Positions 29,401 to 39,231 are shown, numbered from the stretch's first letter. The stretch: DNA of 64,000 nucleotides from Longimicrobiales bacterium (GCA_965115885.1 OZ220479.1:1732334-1796333); one strand, 5' to 3'. Notes: a model not told the origin generated them from the sequence alone. Program-made: numbers and translations.

Positions 29401-29752
29401 GGAATTCGCGGACCGCCTCGAGGTCGGGAAGCCGATCCGGGTCCTGGAAGAGGTGGTGCAGGGCGATGAGCGTGTGCGTCTTGCCGCCGCCATAGGTCAG
29501 CTCCAACTGGCGGACGGCCTTGTCGCTCCTGCCCGCCAGCCGCGTCGCCACGTCCCGGACCAAGTCGCGGAGCGCCAAGGTCGGATACGTCAGAGCGAAG
29601 AATTTCTCGGGATCTTCGTACAGCGGACGCCGACCGGCCCGGCTCGCGACTTCGTGGAGATCCGCGGCGAACTGGGAGAGCGACAGCTCTCCGGTGCGCA
29701 ACTCGGCCTTGAGCGCTACGGCGTGGTGCCAGGGAGCGGGAGCGGAGGGCAT
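26405..29752 (-). CDS. DUF499-family ATPase (defence-associated, partner of DUF1156 methylases)
   Basis: 1115 aa. N-terminus: PWHHAVALKAELRTGELSLSQFAADLHEV..YEDPEKFFALTYPT. P-loop-like motif: TYGGGKTHTLIALHHLF. Also LLDEVMMY. Confidence 0.8.
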   Translation of the reverse strand: MPSAPAPWHHAVALKAELRTGELSLSQFAADLHEVASRAGRRPLYEDPEKFFALTYPTLALRDLVRDVATRLAGRSDKAVRQLELTYGGGKTHTLIALHHLFQDPDRLPDLEAVREFRGHADGALPQAATAALCFDKIDVEKGVKDVRGPGGETRTLRHPWSVLAFQLAGVEGLRVLRDGDAANERDTPPAEPLLVEVIERQQKADGRATLILLDEVMMYARAKNALDQAWVDRLQYFFQALAQAVAKVDRTAIVASLLATEPEKTGDEAGKRVLRDLANVFQRQREEGIQPVGKGDVAEVLRRRFFEPGSIENPTSLRPHAIGVVKGIAGIDETTKRERGRAEKRFLANFPFHPDLTDVFYTRWTGIEGFQRTRGILRTLAIALRDAEAWKDPNPLVGPAVLLNEPGTGTVSEAIRELAGIATKETVRGKTTDWVPLLEKEMEKAREAQEEFPSLGAFRELEQAVAAVFLHSQPPGWKARTNQLLRLVGSAGPDLIELRKGLRRWRDTSWFLDDEDEDARSGDAHGLPGTWRLGNAPNLRQMHDEACKDQVAAEAVDERLGAEIRKTASLWSGAAAAAAGAQVHKLPRSPGDVEDTVRFRFAVLGLDATSSSGKPSKAARSFLDRAAGSDRPRAYRNAVVLAVPSPEGADAARSKARSLLGWEVVQTHLAARRIDPVRRERLRRHVRAAAAELSGVVRQAYGIAVTVDERNRVRAFKLPGSDRPLFEEIKNHRKARIVDTPLNPEALLPGGPYDLWERDDEARLASQLSESFARYPRLPKVLRPELVTGTVLGGVRGGLFAARLKRPDGSARTWWREDVESVAADDDQLEIVLPAKARLARLNPSLLEPGELPGLWVSGSEEDFEPLAVEKLIEYFAGGHVATVAREGYEDRLPIPACPRDAVLQAVTEAVEDGTLWVTNPPATAWKEPVPVGTLQPGAELRAPPERVAPQDLAREALPDAWSENRTNGLALTQALCRKRSAAVPWGAVREGISAAVDARWLVRPQGSGPVECTYDQAPKVILEKPEAATAIPPGSDPPIRPPGAPVPPDSVALDHAQMQDLLDRVPELLRAVGSAELRFDVRVSARGELADERGERADGILGEVAPGLKLARK

Positions 29753-29892
29753 GGCGGGTGCTGGACTCGGTTGGGATCGGGAGAGGGCGCTCTCGGGATG
29801 GCGTGGACGGCGACGAACCCGGCCTAGAGCGGACGGGCGGCTTGGACCCGACCCTGCCGCTCCGGCAATCTACCGGGTGCGGTCGGCGCCTC

Positions 29893-32637
29893 TCAAGGTT
29901 GGGAATCCCACAGCGTCGCCTCCCGGACCGGAGCCCGAGGCCCGCTCCGGCCGAGGTGGTTCTGGAGTTTTTCGAGCATGGATCTCTCTTCGGATCCCGG
30001 CGCCGCCATTTCCAGCACGGCCTGCACGACGCCGGCGAACGTTTCGCTCTTGCGGAGTCCGCGCACGTCCAGGAACTCGTCGATCCGGGCCGGATCCCCC
30101 TTCTTCCAGATCCGCATGGCCCGATGGAGGCTGTCGATGAGCGGAGCCGCTCCGCCCTCCGCCCCGGACGATCCGATCTTGCGTCGGCTCCAGCGCTTCA
30201 GCCGGAGTTCGCTGCCCGATCCTCCCGACGCATCGTCGTCGGTCGATTTCGCCTTCCCGCGCACCAGCAGATCGTGACGGCCCAACAGGTCGGCGTCCCT
30301 GAAGTTGCAGGAGAGCGCGTAGAGGATGACCGCGCCCGCCGACGCCCCGGCCATGCCGAAGTCGTGTCGGTGCAGGAGATAGTAGGTCGTGAGCTCGTCG
30401 AGATCGCCCGCGGCGCCGTCCCCCTGCGAGAGAAGCCGACCCACGACGAAGCCGACGACGATGCGGCGGACGCCCGCCAGGAACTCGCCGACGTGCATGG
30501 GGCGTCCGCCGACGCCGCGTTTGACCACCGGGTACCGGCTGAACGCCTCGAGCGCCGGGCCGGTCGCCGACCACACGAAGTCGGGCCCGCGGATGCCCGC
30601 GTCCCAGAAGTCGCGGAGCTTCCCCGCGATCCGTTCCCGCATCTCCTCCAGCACGGTGGACTCCCACCCGGGTCGGGTCGCGGCGCGCTTCCGGCAGACG
30701 AGCCAGATGGAGGAGGCGAGCGCGGCGGATTCCATGGCCCGTTGCCGGTTCTGCATTTCGGTCTGGATGGGCCATGACCCGGTGGCCGCGAACCCGGAGC
30801 GGATCAACGCGGAGACGAGCGTTTCCCAAGCGTCCGGGTTCTTGTTGGCGAAGACGACGACCATGCGCCCATCGTCCCGGAGCGCCTCGTGGCACCGCGC
30901 GAAAGCGCGGGCCATTCCGTCCTCGTAGTTCTTCTTGGAAGCCTGCCTGTCGCCTTCGAAGCGGCTGGCGTCGTCGATCAGTTCGCCGTCGCCTTCTTCC
31001 GCCCGCCACTTCGGACCGAGCGGCTCGGCGAAAACCTCGCCGATCTCCGGCGAGACGCCGTCGAGCGCGCGCCGCAGCCACACCTGAAAGAAATCCATCA
31101 GGTCGGAATAGGGGATCGCGTCGTAGTAGGGCGGGTCGGTGCACACGAGATCGATGCTGCCGGGCGGCGGAGCCAGGGCGCTGCGCGCGGTGACCTGCGG
31201 AGCGGGGCTCCCGGAAACGGCGGGAAGCGCGTGGTCCAGGTAGCGGGCGACCCAGTCGAGTATCGCCATGAATCCGCCCGTGGTCTCCGAGAGCGGGTCG
31301 ACCTCGCAGAAGTCCCAGACCATGGGGAGGGCGAAGCGGGCGTAGGTTTGTCTTAGGTTCTCCCTACCGTTGTCCCAAGTGCAGATCGAGCTGCTGTAGT
31401 CGGCGAGTTTGCTCAGTGCGCATGCCAGATACGCCGTCAGCGCCTCCCGCCACTCCTCCCGATAGCCGTGCCCGGCGATTTCCTCCCGCACCGCGCGGAT
31501 CTCGCGCAGCAACGTGCCGAGGGCGAGGAGCTGACGGTCGGTGAAAAGGCTTCCCCAAGTGTCGAAGCCGTAGCGTTGGACCCTGGTTCCAAGGCTGCCT
31601 TCCTCGGGCATGGGTTCGTTGGGCAGCCCGAACGGAACGGCATCGTAAAGCGCTTCGATTTCCTCCGCATCCACCTCCGCCGCAGCCAAGTCGAGGTCGG
31701 TCGGAAGTCGGTATTCCTTGCCTTTCTGGCCATCGATCACCACGGCGACCATGCGGGCGCCCAACCGACCGGATCGACCCTGTGCGCGCAGTTCCCTCAT
31801 TCCGGCGACGGCCCCGCAACGGGGACAGGTGGCCCCGCTGCGACTCATGATTCCCTTGCCCAGCCGCTGGTCGTGCGCGCGTTTGCGGGCTACGGAACCG
31901 GTTGGCGACGGAACGTCCCGCTCGATTCCGAAGTCGACGCGGCGCGACTCCGGGTCGGGCTTCATGGTCAGCCGGACCCGCTTGACCGGGCTGCTTTTCT
32001 TGCACAACCAGCGGGTTTTCAGCAGAGGCACTTCGGAGCGGCACCCGCCGCATTCGGCCGTGCGCGTCCACAGATAGGCGACCACCGGCTTCTCCACCCA
32101 GCGGGGTCGACCGTCGTCGTCCAGATGCCGTTTGTCGAATTCGGCGTTCAGGGCGGCCGCGGACACCCGTCCGTCGTCGTCGGGCTTCAGGTACCGAGGC
32201 GGTCGTGATGCGAACTGCGGTTGGGCGTCCGGGGCGGACTTCTTCTTGCGTCCCTTGCGACGGCGCGGCTCGAAATGCGCGTACGCGGGATATCCGTCGG
32301 CCAGCTTCGCGCGCACCCGGTCGCGTACGCGCAGGCCCCAGGCCCGCACGTGCCAAGCGAAGTTCGCGCCCGTGGGCGCTTCTGCAACATGAGCGGTGGC
32401 AAGCTGCACGTCGTTCCCGTAGCTGTGGCCCAGCTCGGCGAGCGCGCGCCGCCTCCGCGTCGGGGTGTTCGCGCCCCGCGATTTGACCAGAGCGGTGGCG
32501 AACTCCCGGTCGGCGATGGCGAAGCCCGGAAGCGGTCTTTCACCCCGACCGACTCGATGCGGGTAGTGGAGCGCGCAACGAAGCACGAACCACGCGACGG
32601 GATTCAGATGGGAATTATACGCCTGCCTTGACAGCAC
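29893..32637 (-). pseudogene. DUF1156-family putative DNA methylase, 5'-truncated
   Basis: - The ORF opens at ..AYNSHLNPVAWFVL.
- It contains the Zn-ribbon-like CGGC..CPRC and the catalytic CTDPPYYDAIPYSDL.
- It lacks the N-terminal DUF1156 module and the motif I (DPFxGGG) segment expected upstream of the NPVA segment.
- Upstream DNA (32638 onward) is unrelated, lower-GC sequence. Confidence 0.7.
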
Positions 32638-32765
32638 GGCAAGATCATGCCACCTTCAATCTACGCTAAGAGCAATGCAATGAAGGGGTTGCATGGTAGC
32701 GAAGGGACCGGAAAAGCACCACCGGAAAGGCATCACGATGTTGCAGGTTGCGGCGATGTTCGCAA

Positions 32766-32795
32766 CTGAGGAAATCGGGTTCCTCGCTTTTTTTT
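32766..32795 (+). terminator. Orphan intrinsic terminator at the methylase truncation junction
   Basis: GAGGAA-ATCGGG-TTCCTC hairpin followed by GCTTTTTTTTG. There is no plus-strand CDS upstream. Confidence 0.5.
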
Positions 32796-32959
32796 GTGGA
32801 TTGCTGTAGGTTTGGGGCCGCCGTGCTGGATGCGTGCCGGTGGTGGAATCCGGCCGTCGGCAGGCAAGCGTTTCGCGTCTCCGCCAGGGTCGGTTGACCG
32901 CCCCTCGGCGACATGTGCCAACGGACGGGATGGACGTCGAGATTTCGGGCATCGAAGAT

Positions 32960-33150
32960 AGTCTATTCCAACGCGGTGATGAGCCCGAACGCGGGGGTGT
33001 TGCGGGGGTAGGATGAGCGGCCCGAGATCCGAGGCGTCGTGGGCGTGAAACGGACGTATCAACATCCCCTCCGGAGCCGAGCCGTGCAACCGGATCGGGG
33101 GTTCATGGACGCACGCGAGCCGTTGGGCGGCACCCCTTCACGAGCGGCTG
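32960..33150 (+). repeat. Repeat R1, copy a (191 bp direct repeat)
   Basis: Near-identical to 39322-39512. It begins AGTCTATTCCAACGCGGTGATGAGCCCGAACGCGG and ends CGAGCGGCTG. Confidence 0.9.
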
Positions 33151-33832
33151 CGGCGATGACGTGCACGCGGCGGACTGGGTGGGTGATCCGATCTTGGATG
33201 TCTTCCCCGCCCGTCACCCCCCCTGACAAGTGCAGTTGGGGTTGGTTTTGGGGTTGCCGTCGGCCTGGGGCGGGCGCGGCCGGTGCGTGGACTTCCGCGT
33301 GGAAGGTGTTGACCTTCAGGCGCATAGAGCGCCTGTCCATTCTCGCCGAAAGGTCGGCGTCCACGGCGATGCGTCGGGATCGCCGGAAGTTGCCCAAAGG
33401 AACGCCGTTAGGCGGTCGGGGGAAGCGAGCGTTTCGGATCCGAAGTCGAGTGTCAGCGTGACAGCGCGGTAGCGGTGCGACCCGGGTCAACGCTCGAACG
33501 GGCTTCGGCCCGTGCGATCCGCAGCATGCGAAGCTTCCCCCCCGAACTGTGGGCCGCCACAGTTCGCCAGCCTCGCGCCGACACGTGGACAGGAGGGCCA
33601 GCGCGCGGGTCGACCTGCGTCACGGGTCGGCGGGTCGGCCCGTCCCTTTGAAGGGAGACGTCAGCGCGTCGAACCTCGCGCGATCCCGTCTAGGTGAAAG
33701 GTGTTGATGTTCAGGCGCATAGAGCGCCTGTCCATTCCCGCTGCAAGGTCGGCGTCCATCGCGATCAATCAGGATCGCCAGAGTCCATCGGACTCCCCGA
33801 GGAAGCCGCAGCGATCCGCCCCTCGGACGCAC

Positions 33833-34160
33833 GGCCGGTGGTTCGCATCACGGTAAGGAATCGTCTAACGTCAACTAGGACTGCACGATCTGCCGCCTTA
33901 CCGTCCACCAACTGGTCGGAGTCCGTCTTGTCGAAATGGCTGGAATGCCAGCCCGAAAAGCGGGAGTCGCAGTGGTGCGAGCCTCAACCCGGGTGGCTCA
34001 GCAGAAGGCGGTGGCGGTGATCGAGGGTGCGAGTCGGCGTCCGAAGGGGGGCAAAAGCGGGACGGGGCCGCAAGCGGAGGTTGTCGAGAACTTGGTGGAC
34101 CGTGACTCCCCGGCTGCGGGTCTCGACAAACATCACGTACGTGCCCACCGGCGATGACAG
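33833..34160 (+). mobile_element. IS3-family transposase (OrfB) remnant, copy 1
   Basis: Degenerate frames give ..STRVAQQKAVAVIEGASRR.. and AEVVENLVDRDSPAAGLDK. These are comparable to the IS3 OrfB RVARLMR..G..G.SRR and NLxxRDFxAxxPN segments. Stops and frameshifts are present. Confidence 0.6.
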
Positions 34161-34237
34161 CACCGTTTGGGGCAGGGACGCCTCGGCGTTAGCGTCAGGC
34201 AGAAGGCCGGGGGGAACCGGTTGAGACGGCGCTCGAG

Positions 34238-34378
34238 TTGGCGTTTCTGCACACTTGGAGTCTGACGCGTTTTCGGGGCCTGCAGCTGGCGGCCGGCGTC
34301 GGCGCTGGGACCTCGAGGGGGTGTCTTGGAGCGAACTCGTTGGTTACGCGTTCCTGGTCCACTTCAACCGGGGAGGCG
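34238..34378 (+). mobile_element. Solo fragment of the IS21-family left end / istA leader
   Basis: About 140 bp closely matching 40186-40326 of the complete element (TTGGCGTTTxTGCACAC...AACCGGGGAGGCG), truncated before the istA ATG. Confidence 0.8.
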
Positions 34379-34381
34379 GAC

Positions 34382-34528
34382 GGCCAGTGGTTCGCATCAC
34401 GGTAGGGAATCGTCTAACGTCAATCAGGACTGCATGATCTGCCGCCCTACCACTACCAATTGTCCAATTGCGTCTTGTCAAAATGGCTGGAAGGTCGGCC
34501 CGAAAAGCGGGAATTCGGGTGGTGCGGG
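34382..34528 (+). mobile_element. IS3-family remnant, copy 2 (short)
   Basis: Matches the first ~150 bp of copies 1 and 3 (GGTTCGCATCACGGTAGGGAATCGTCTAACGTCAA...) and then diverges. Confidence 0.6.
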
Positions 34529-34610
34529 TGCTTGGAGCCAGAGGCGGCAACCTCTGACGGGCGATCTCGGTGACCGGGTGCGGGAAAATCGCACGCCCGG
34601 GTTGATGGGC

Positions 34611-34699
34611 GGGGGCTGGAAACGCGGCCATGGGAGTCGGCCTTGGAGGACCGGAGCGAAAGCTAACCGGGGCAGACCTACCGGACCGTAAAGCTGGCG
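34611..34699 (+). repeat. Inverted repeat, left arm (IR-A)
   Basis: The reverse complement aligns by hand with 39232-39320. The core 57 nt has about 52 matches, and the next 33 nt has 24 matches. Confidence 0.85.
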
Positions 34700-35071
34700 C
34701 GCCAGCCCCCCGACCTGACCGCACTCGCGTTGGAGGGCGAACGCCTGGGGAAGCGTTGGGCGTGGGCCTGGAATGAGAGGGTCCGGCGCGTTGAGATGGA
34801 CGTGATCGGAACCGGCGAACCGGCGGCAGTGCTCGCCCGAGGCGACGCGGCGCCGGTTGCCTCGGTTGTTCCATCGGGCGGGGCTTGCCGGAAAAGCCGA
34901 GGTTGCCCCCGACCTGTCCAACGAATTAGGACCACCTCACTTGGGGTGCGAATGCGGAAGGTTGCACATCGTCGGCAGAAGTCGTATCGTGGTATCGGAG
35001 TTTCCGTTGACGTCCATACACGACAGGTTCAAGATGTCATGATTCACTTTGCCGCGCGTACTTGCACAATA

Positions 35072-38000
35072 ATGCGGAAACGCAGACGGGAGATCACGTC
35101 GAGCAAATCGCACGACCTTGAATCTCAACCGCTAGCGTCGTTTCGGGGCGAGGCGGTGTATGTGTTGCTTGGCCCACCGGGGTCGGGGAAGACGGAGGCG
35201 TTCAGGCGCGAGGCCGAACGAGAACATGGACTCTACATCACTGCGCGCAACTTTATTACATTCAATTTTGATCCCGAGTGGGAACGCAAGACACTCTTCA
35301 TCGATGGCCTCGACGAGATGCGGGCCGGAGCCACTGATAGACGTACGCCATTCGACGCAATCCGAAGGAAACTCCATTGTATGAGCTGTCCCCGGTTACG
35401 GCTTTCGTGTAGGGAGGCAGACTGGTTCGGTGCTACCGACAGGGAGCGACTAGAGGAGGCTATGCCCCATCGTAACGTACAGGTGTTGCGGCTTGATCCA
35501 CTGTCGGATCAAGGAGTCCTCGAGATCCTCGAACGGAATCATGGGGTCGAAGATCCGGCGGCTTTCGTGGCGGTTGCCCGTGAAAGGGGCGTCGCAAGCC
35601 TGCTCTCGAATCCACAGAACCTGCGAATGCTCACGGAAGCAGTGGACGATGCGGGTGATTGGCCACGAACAAAGACAGAGACCTTCGACATGGCCTGTCG
35701 AAAGCTGGTCTCCGAAAAGAACCACGACCACCGGATTGCGTTGCCCAGCAGCGCCAGTACGCAAGCGTTGATGGACGGTGCCGGCCACCTGTGCGCCCTG
35801 TTGCTACTGGCCGGCAAAGATGGCGTCACTCTTCCCGGAACTGCATCAGACGGGAACTACCCAGATATTAGTGGAATATCCATTGTTGATCGTTCTTGTC
35901 GCGTGGTGGCCACCAACCTGTTCGCTTCGCAGTCCGAAGGCCGCATGGTCCCCGTGCACAGGCATGTGGCCGAGTTCGTAGCAGCACGATATCTTGCCAA
36001 TCTGATCGCCGGTGGGCTACCGGTTTGCAGAATCCTCTCGCTCATGACGGGATTCGACGGCGGCGTCATCTCGGAATTTCGCGGCCTTGCCGCTTGGCTG
36101 GCAGTCTGCAGCAAACCCGCCCGTGAGGCACTCATCAGACGCGACCCGATTGGCGTGGTCCGCTACGGCGACGCGGAGACCTTTAGCGTTTACGATAAAG
36201 CGCAAGTCTTCCGCGCTTTGCGAGCGGAAACGGTGCGGAATCCGTGGCTGGCCAGCCAGATTCCTCTGGACTCACTATGGGGACGCCTCGTCGATCCTTG
36301 CCTAGAGCCGGAGCTCAATCGCGCTCTCGCTGATCCCGCACGGGATGAGGCACATCAGTCATTTGTTTTGCTGATCCTTGCTGCAATCAGCTCCCGGCCA
36401 GTTGTTCCCGGAGTTGGTGACACCCTGATGGCCATTGTTCGGGACACCTCTTGGCCAACGATGCACCGGTGCGCCGCAGTGGAGGCATATGCGCAAAACC
36501 GCCGGCGCGACCACCAGGGACTTTCCGCTCTCCAGAGCCTTATCAACGACGTCTACTCAAGCAAGGTGCCGACCCTAGACGATGATCTGCTGGGTACCTT
36601 GCTGACGGAACTCTATCCCGATGAACTGACACCATGTGATCTCGTTGGCTTTCTGAGAAAGCCGGCGCAATCTGGACATTTTACACGTTACGTTGCGTTC
36701 TGGCTGGATGGATTGATCAAGAGCTCCACGGTCGCGCAAATGGCCCAACTGCTCGATCTGCTCAGGACGCCGATGAAAAAGGCGCGAACGGAAGCGGGGA
36801 ATGCACGACCGCACGTCAATGTCGTTGGTTTCCCGGCGCAAGTGCCACTGGCATTGTTGCGACACCTCCTCGAGAATGCACCCGAAAGCGTTTCTCGGAA
36901 ACAAGTACTGCACTGGCTGGATTTCGCGGGCTGGATCAGGGAAGGGCAGAGTGTCTCCTTCGTAAACAGGGTCACCAACGCGGAGTTTTTTAGCAACTGG
37001 CTCGGTGCTCATCCGGAAATACAGAAAGCCATCATCGAGAAAGGAGCAAACAGATGCCCGGAGGCACACGATCCGTTCCGTTGGATGCACAGAGTCAAGC
37101 AGAGTCTATTCGAGGCAACACTACCGCCCGACTATGCTGTCTGGTGCGCGGATCAAGCACTAATTGCCGGCAATGGCAATATAGCAAGATGGTTTGTCGG
37201 AGAGGCGGCGGCGTTTATCCATTACCAATTCACATCTGATGCTCCAGAGAAGAAGAAAGTCGCCTGCAAATTACAGAGCGATGCCCGTTTATTGATGATG
37301 TTCGAGAAGATACTACTAGTACACATGGAGAGCCAGGATCAACTCATGCAACAAGATGGGAGCTCACATTCCCATCCACTAACGAACGATGGGCGTTTCG
37401 ACGAGCTACGTAAATACACAAGAGCCAACGTGAGCACGCTACGCGCCAACCAGTGTCTGCCAGCACTGCTCAATCACCTTGCGATGGCCTACCTTGACAA
37501 CTTCCTTGATGTGCGCGGCGAAACGCCTGAGGACCGACTTCGATGCCTGCTCGGCCCGGATGATACGCTACTGTGTGCCGCGCGTACCGGCCTGCGAGGT
37601 GCAATACACCGGACAGATCTTCCCACATGGATCAAGATCCTAGAACTGGCTGACAATAAGCAGACGCATCTCTTGGCGTACCCGTTCATGATTGGACTCG
37701 ACGAGTGCTCTCGGACTGAGAACGAAGAAATCCAACTGACTGAACACCAGATTCGCTTGGGCCTTTCCATTCATCTTGCGGTTCCACGACTTTCTCACAT
37801 GCACAGCACGGAGCACCCACCGCGTTGGCTGTGCACCGCCGTGGCGAAACGGGCAGACGTTGTCGCTACGACATGGAGCTACTGCGTCCGCCGACAACTT
37901 CGAAAAGGTGTGGAAATCCTCCCGGACACCTACCCATTGTCCCATGCGGCCGCATATGCGCCCTTGGCATCCAAGGTTTCTCTTCCAATCCTGAGTACCT

Positions 38001-39175
38001 TTCCAGTCCGGTGCAGGGCGAGACAGTTGTCGATTTTGAAAGATCTGCTTCATGCCGCCTTACGTCATGCCGACAAAGCACAACTCCTGAAATTGATCGA
38101 AGAAAAGCTCGCTTGCAAGAGCATGAACTCTGGCCAGAAGGTGTACTGGCTTGCGGCCGGACTGTTTGCGAGGTCTGAAATCTACGGCGAGCGGCTGGTA
38201 TCGTATGTATCCGGAAAGCGTCGGGCGCTCCGGATATGCCGATTGATGGAAATGACATTGGATCCACGCTCCGCGCCGTTGGCGATGAGCGCGACAACCC
38301 TTAAATGGCTTGTTCACCTGATTGGGCCACATTCTTCCGCGCCGCCGAGGAGCGGAGAAATCTATTCGGTGACGTTGCCGATACAAGCGCATCACCGTCT
38401 TTGCGGCTTCATCGACCGGCTTGCGGAGGATGCTTCACTCGAGGCCATGCATGCACTCGAGTCACTGGCTTCGGACGACCGGCTCGTCAACTGGCGGCCG
38501 ATGCTTCTTGATCGCCTCCATAAACAGATGAGTATTCTCCGGAAAACCACCTACCAGCACCCGACTCTTGAACAGGTGGCCGAGGTCTTAGACAACGGCC
38601 CACCTGCCAACGCGGCGGATCTCTGGGCCCTCACCGTCGATGTGCTACACCAGATTTCCGAGGATATCCGAAATGGGGCGACATCGGATTGGCATCAGTA
38701 CTGGAACGTCGACCGATACGACCGGCCAGAAGTACCGAAACCGGAAAACGCCTGTAGGAATGCCTTGTTGTCCAAATTGGAGCAAGCGTTGGCCCCCTTC
38801 AAGGTTGACAGCACAGGAGAAGGTTCGTATGCGGACAGTAGACGCTCTGACATTCGCATCTCCATCCCAGGATACAACATCCCGATCGAGATCAAGCGGA
38901 GCTGTCACGCCAAATTGTGGAGCTCTGTAAACACCCAGCTCATCGACATGTACACCCGCGACCCCGACACCGACGGATACGGAATATATCTAGTTTTCTG
39001 GTTCGGAGAGGCCATCCATTGCAAACCTAAACTTGAACCGGCGTCGAAAAGAAAGCCGCAGTCACCGGAAGAACTTCGAGAAGCACTGGTAGACCGGCTG
39101 AATTGGCAGGAGCGCCGAAAGATCGCGGTCTGCGTGATCGATGTGTCGAACCCGAGAGATCAGACGGAGGTTTGA
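35072..39175 (+). CDS. Giant NACHT/STAND-like P-loop NTPase with C-terminal PD-(D/E)xK-type nuclease-like domain
   Basis: - Walker A: LLGPPGSGKT.
- Walker B: TLFIDGLDEM.
- NACHT-like segment: LLSNPQNLRML.
- About 1000 aa of helical repeat-like sequence.
- C-terminal E..RRSDIRISIPGYNIPIEIKRS..GIYLVFWFG (D-x13-ExK).
- In-frame alternative ATGs at 34952 and 35039.
- The 34730-34950 part of the track ORF is repeat-derived. Confidence 0.8.
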   Translation: MRKRRREITSSKSHDLESQPLASFRGEAVYVLLGPPGSGKTEAFRREAEREHGLYITARNFITFNFDPEWERKTLFIDGLDEMRAGATDRRTPFDAIRRKLHCMSCPRLRLSCREADWFGATDRERLEEAMPHRNVQVLRLDPLSDQGVLEILERNHGVEDPAAFVAVARERGVASLLSNPQNLRMLTEAVDDAGDWPRTKTETFDMACRKLVSEKNHDHRIALPSSASTQALMDGAGHLCALLLLAGKDGVTLPGTASDGNYPDISGISIVDRSCRVVATNLFASQSEGRMVPVHRHVAEFVAARYLANLIAGGLPVCRILSLMTGFDGGVISEFRGLAAWLAVCSKPAREALIRRDPIGVVRYGDAETFSVYDKAQVFRALRAETVRNPWLASQIPLDSLWGRLVDPCLEPELNRALADPARDEAHQSFVLLILAAISSRPVVPGVGDTLMAIVRDTSWPTMHRCAAVEAYAQNRRRDHQGLSALQSLINDVYSSKVPTLDDDLLGTLLTELYPDELTPCDLVGFLRKPAQSGHFTRYVAFWLDGLIKSSTVAQMAQLLDLLRTPMKKARTEAGNARPHVNVVGFPAQVPLALLRHLLENAPESVSRKQVLHWLDFAGWIREGQSVSFVNRVTNAEFFSNWLGAHPEIQKAIIEKGANRCPEAHDPFRWMHRVKQSLFEATLPPDYAVWCADQALIAGNGNIARWFVGEAAAFIHYQFTSDAPEKKKVACKLQSDARLLMMFEKILLVHMESQDQLMQQDGSSHSHPLTNDGRFDELRKYTRANVSTLRANQCLPALLNHLAMAYLDNFLDVRGETPEDRLRCLLGPDDTLLCAARTGLRGAIHRTDLPTWIKILELADNKQTHLLAYPFMIGLDECSRTENEEIQLTEHQIRLGLSIHLAVPRLSHMHSTEHPPRWLCTAVAKRADVVATTWSYCVRRQLRKGVEILPDTYPLSHAAAYAPLASKVSLPILSTFPVRCRARQLSILKDLLHAALRHADKAQLLKLIEEKLACKSMNSGQKVYWLAAGLFARSEIYGERLVSYVSGKRRALRICRLMEMTLDPRSAPLAMSATTLKWLVHLIGPHSSAPPRSGEIYSVTLPIQAHHRLCGFIDRLAEDASLEAMHALESLASDDRLVNWRPMLLDRLHKQMSILRKTTYQHPTLEQVAEVLDNGPPANAADLWALTVDVLHQISEDIRNGATSDWHQYWNVDRYDRPEVPKPENACRNALLSKLEQALAPFKVDSTGEGSYADSRRSDIRISIPGYNIPIEIKRSCHAKLWSSVNTQLIDMYTRDPDTDGYGIYLVFWFGEAIHCKPKLEPASKRKPQSPEELREALVDRLNWQERRKIAVCVIDVSNPRDQTEV

Positions 39176-39231
39176 AAATGAGACGGAATCCATCACTTTG
39201 CTCGTTTCGCGCGTCTGGAACGCAAGACTCG

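Noticed and set aside
34440-34720. Possible group II intron, retron or other catalytic-RNA fragment. The idea came from hairpins with GAAA loops (e.g. 34572-34603 and the AGC-GAAA-GCT element in IR-A)
   Set aside because: No reverse-transcriptase ORF lies nearby. There is no GUGYG 5' end or domain V with an AGC triad and a 34-nt geometry. The 34572-34603 hairpin has a 7-nt loop and the wrong bulge context. I kept it only as an unexplained structured repeat.
34730-34951. N-terminal 74 codons of the 1481-aa track ORF
   Set aside because: This part is high-GC, partly repeat-derived sequence (it follows IR-A) with no protein-like features. The composition switches near 34930, and in-frame ATGs occur at 34952, 35039 and 35072.
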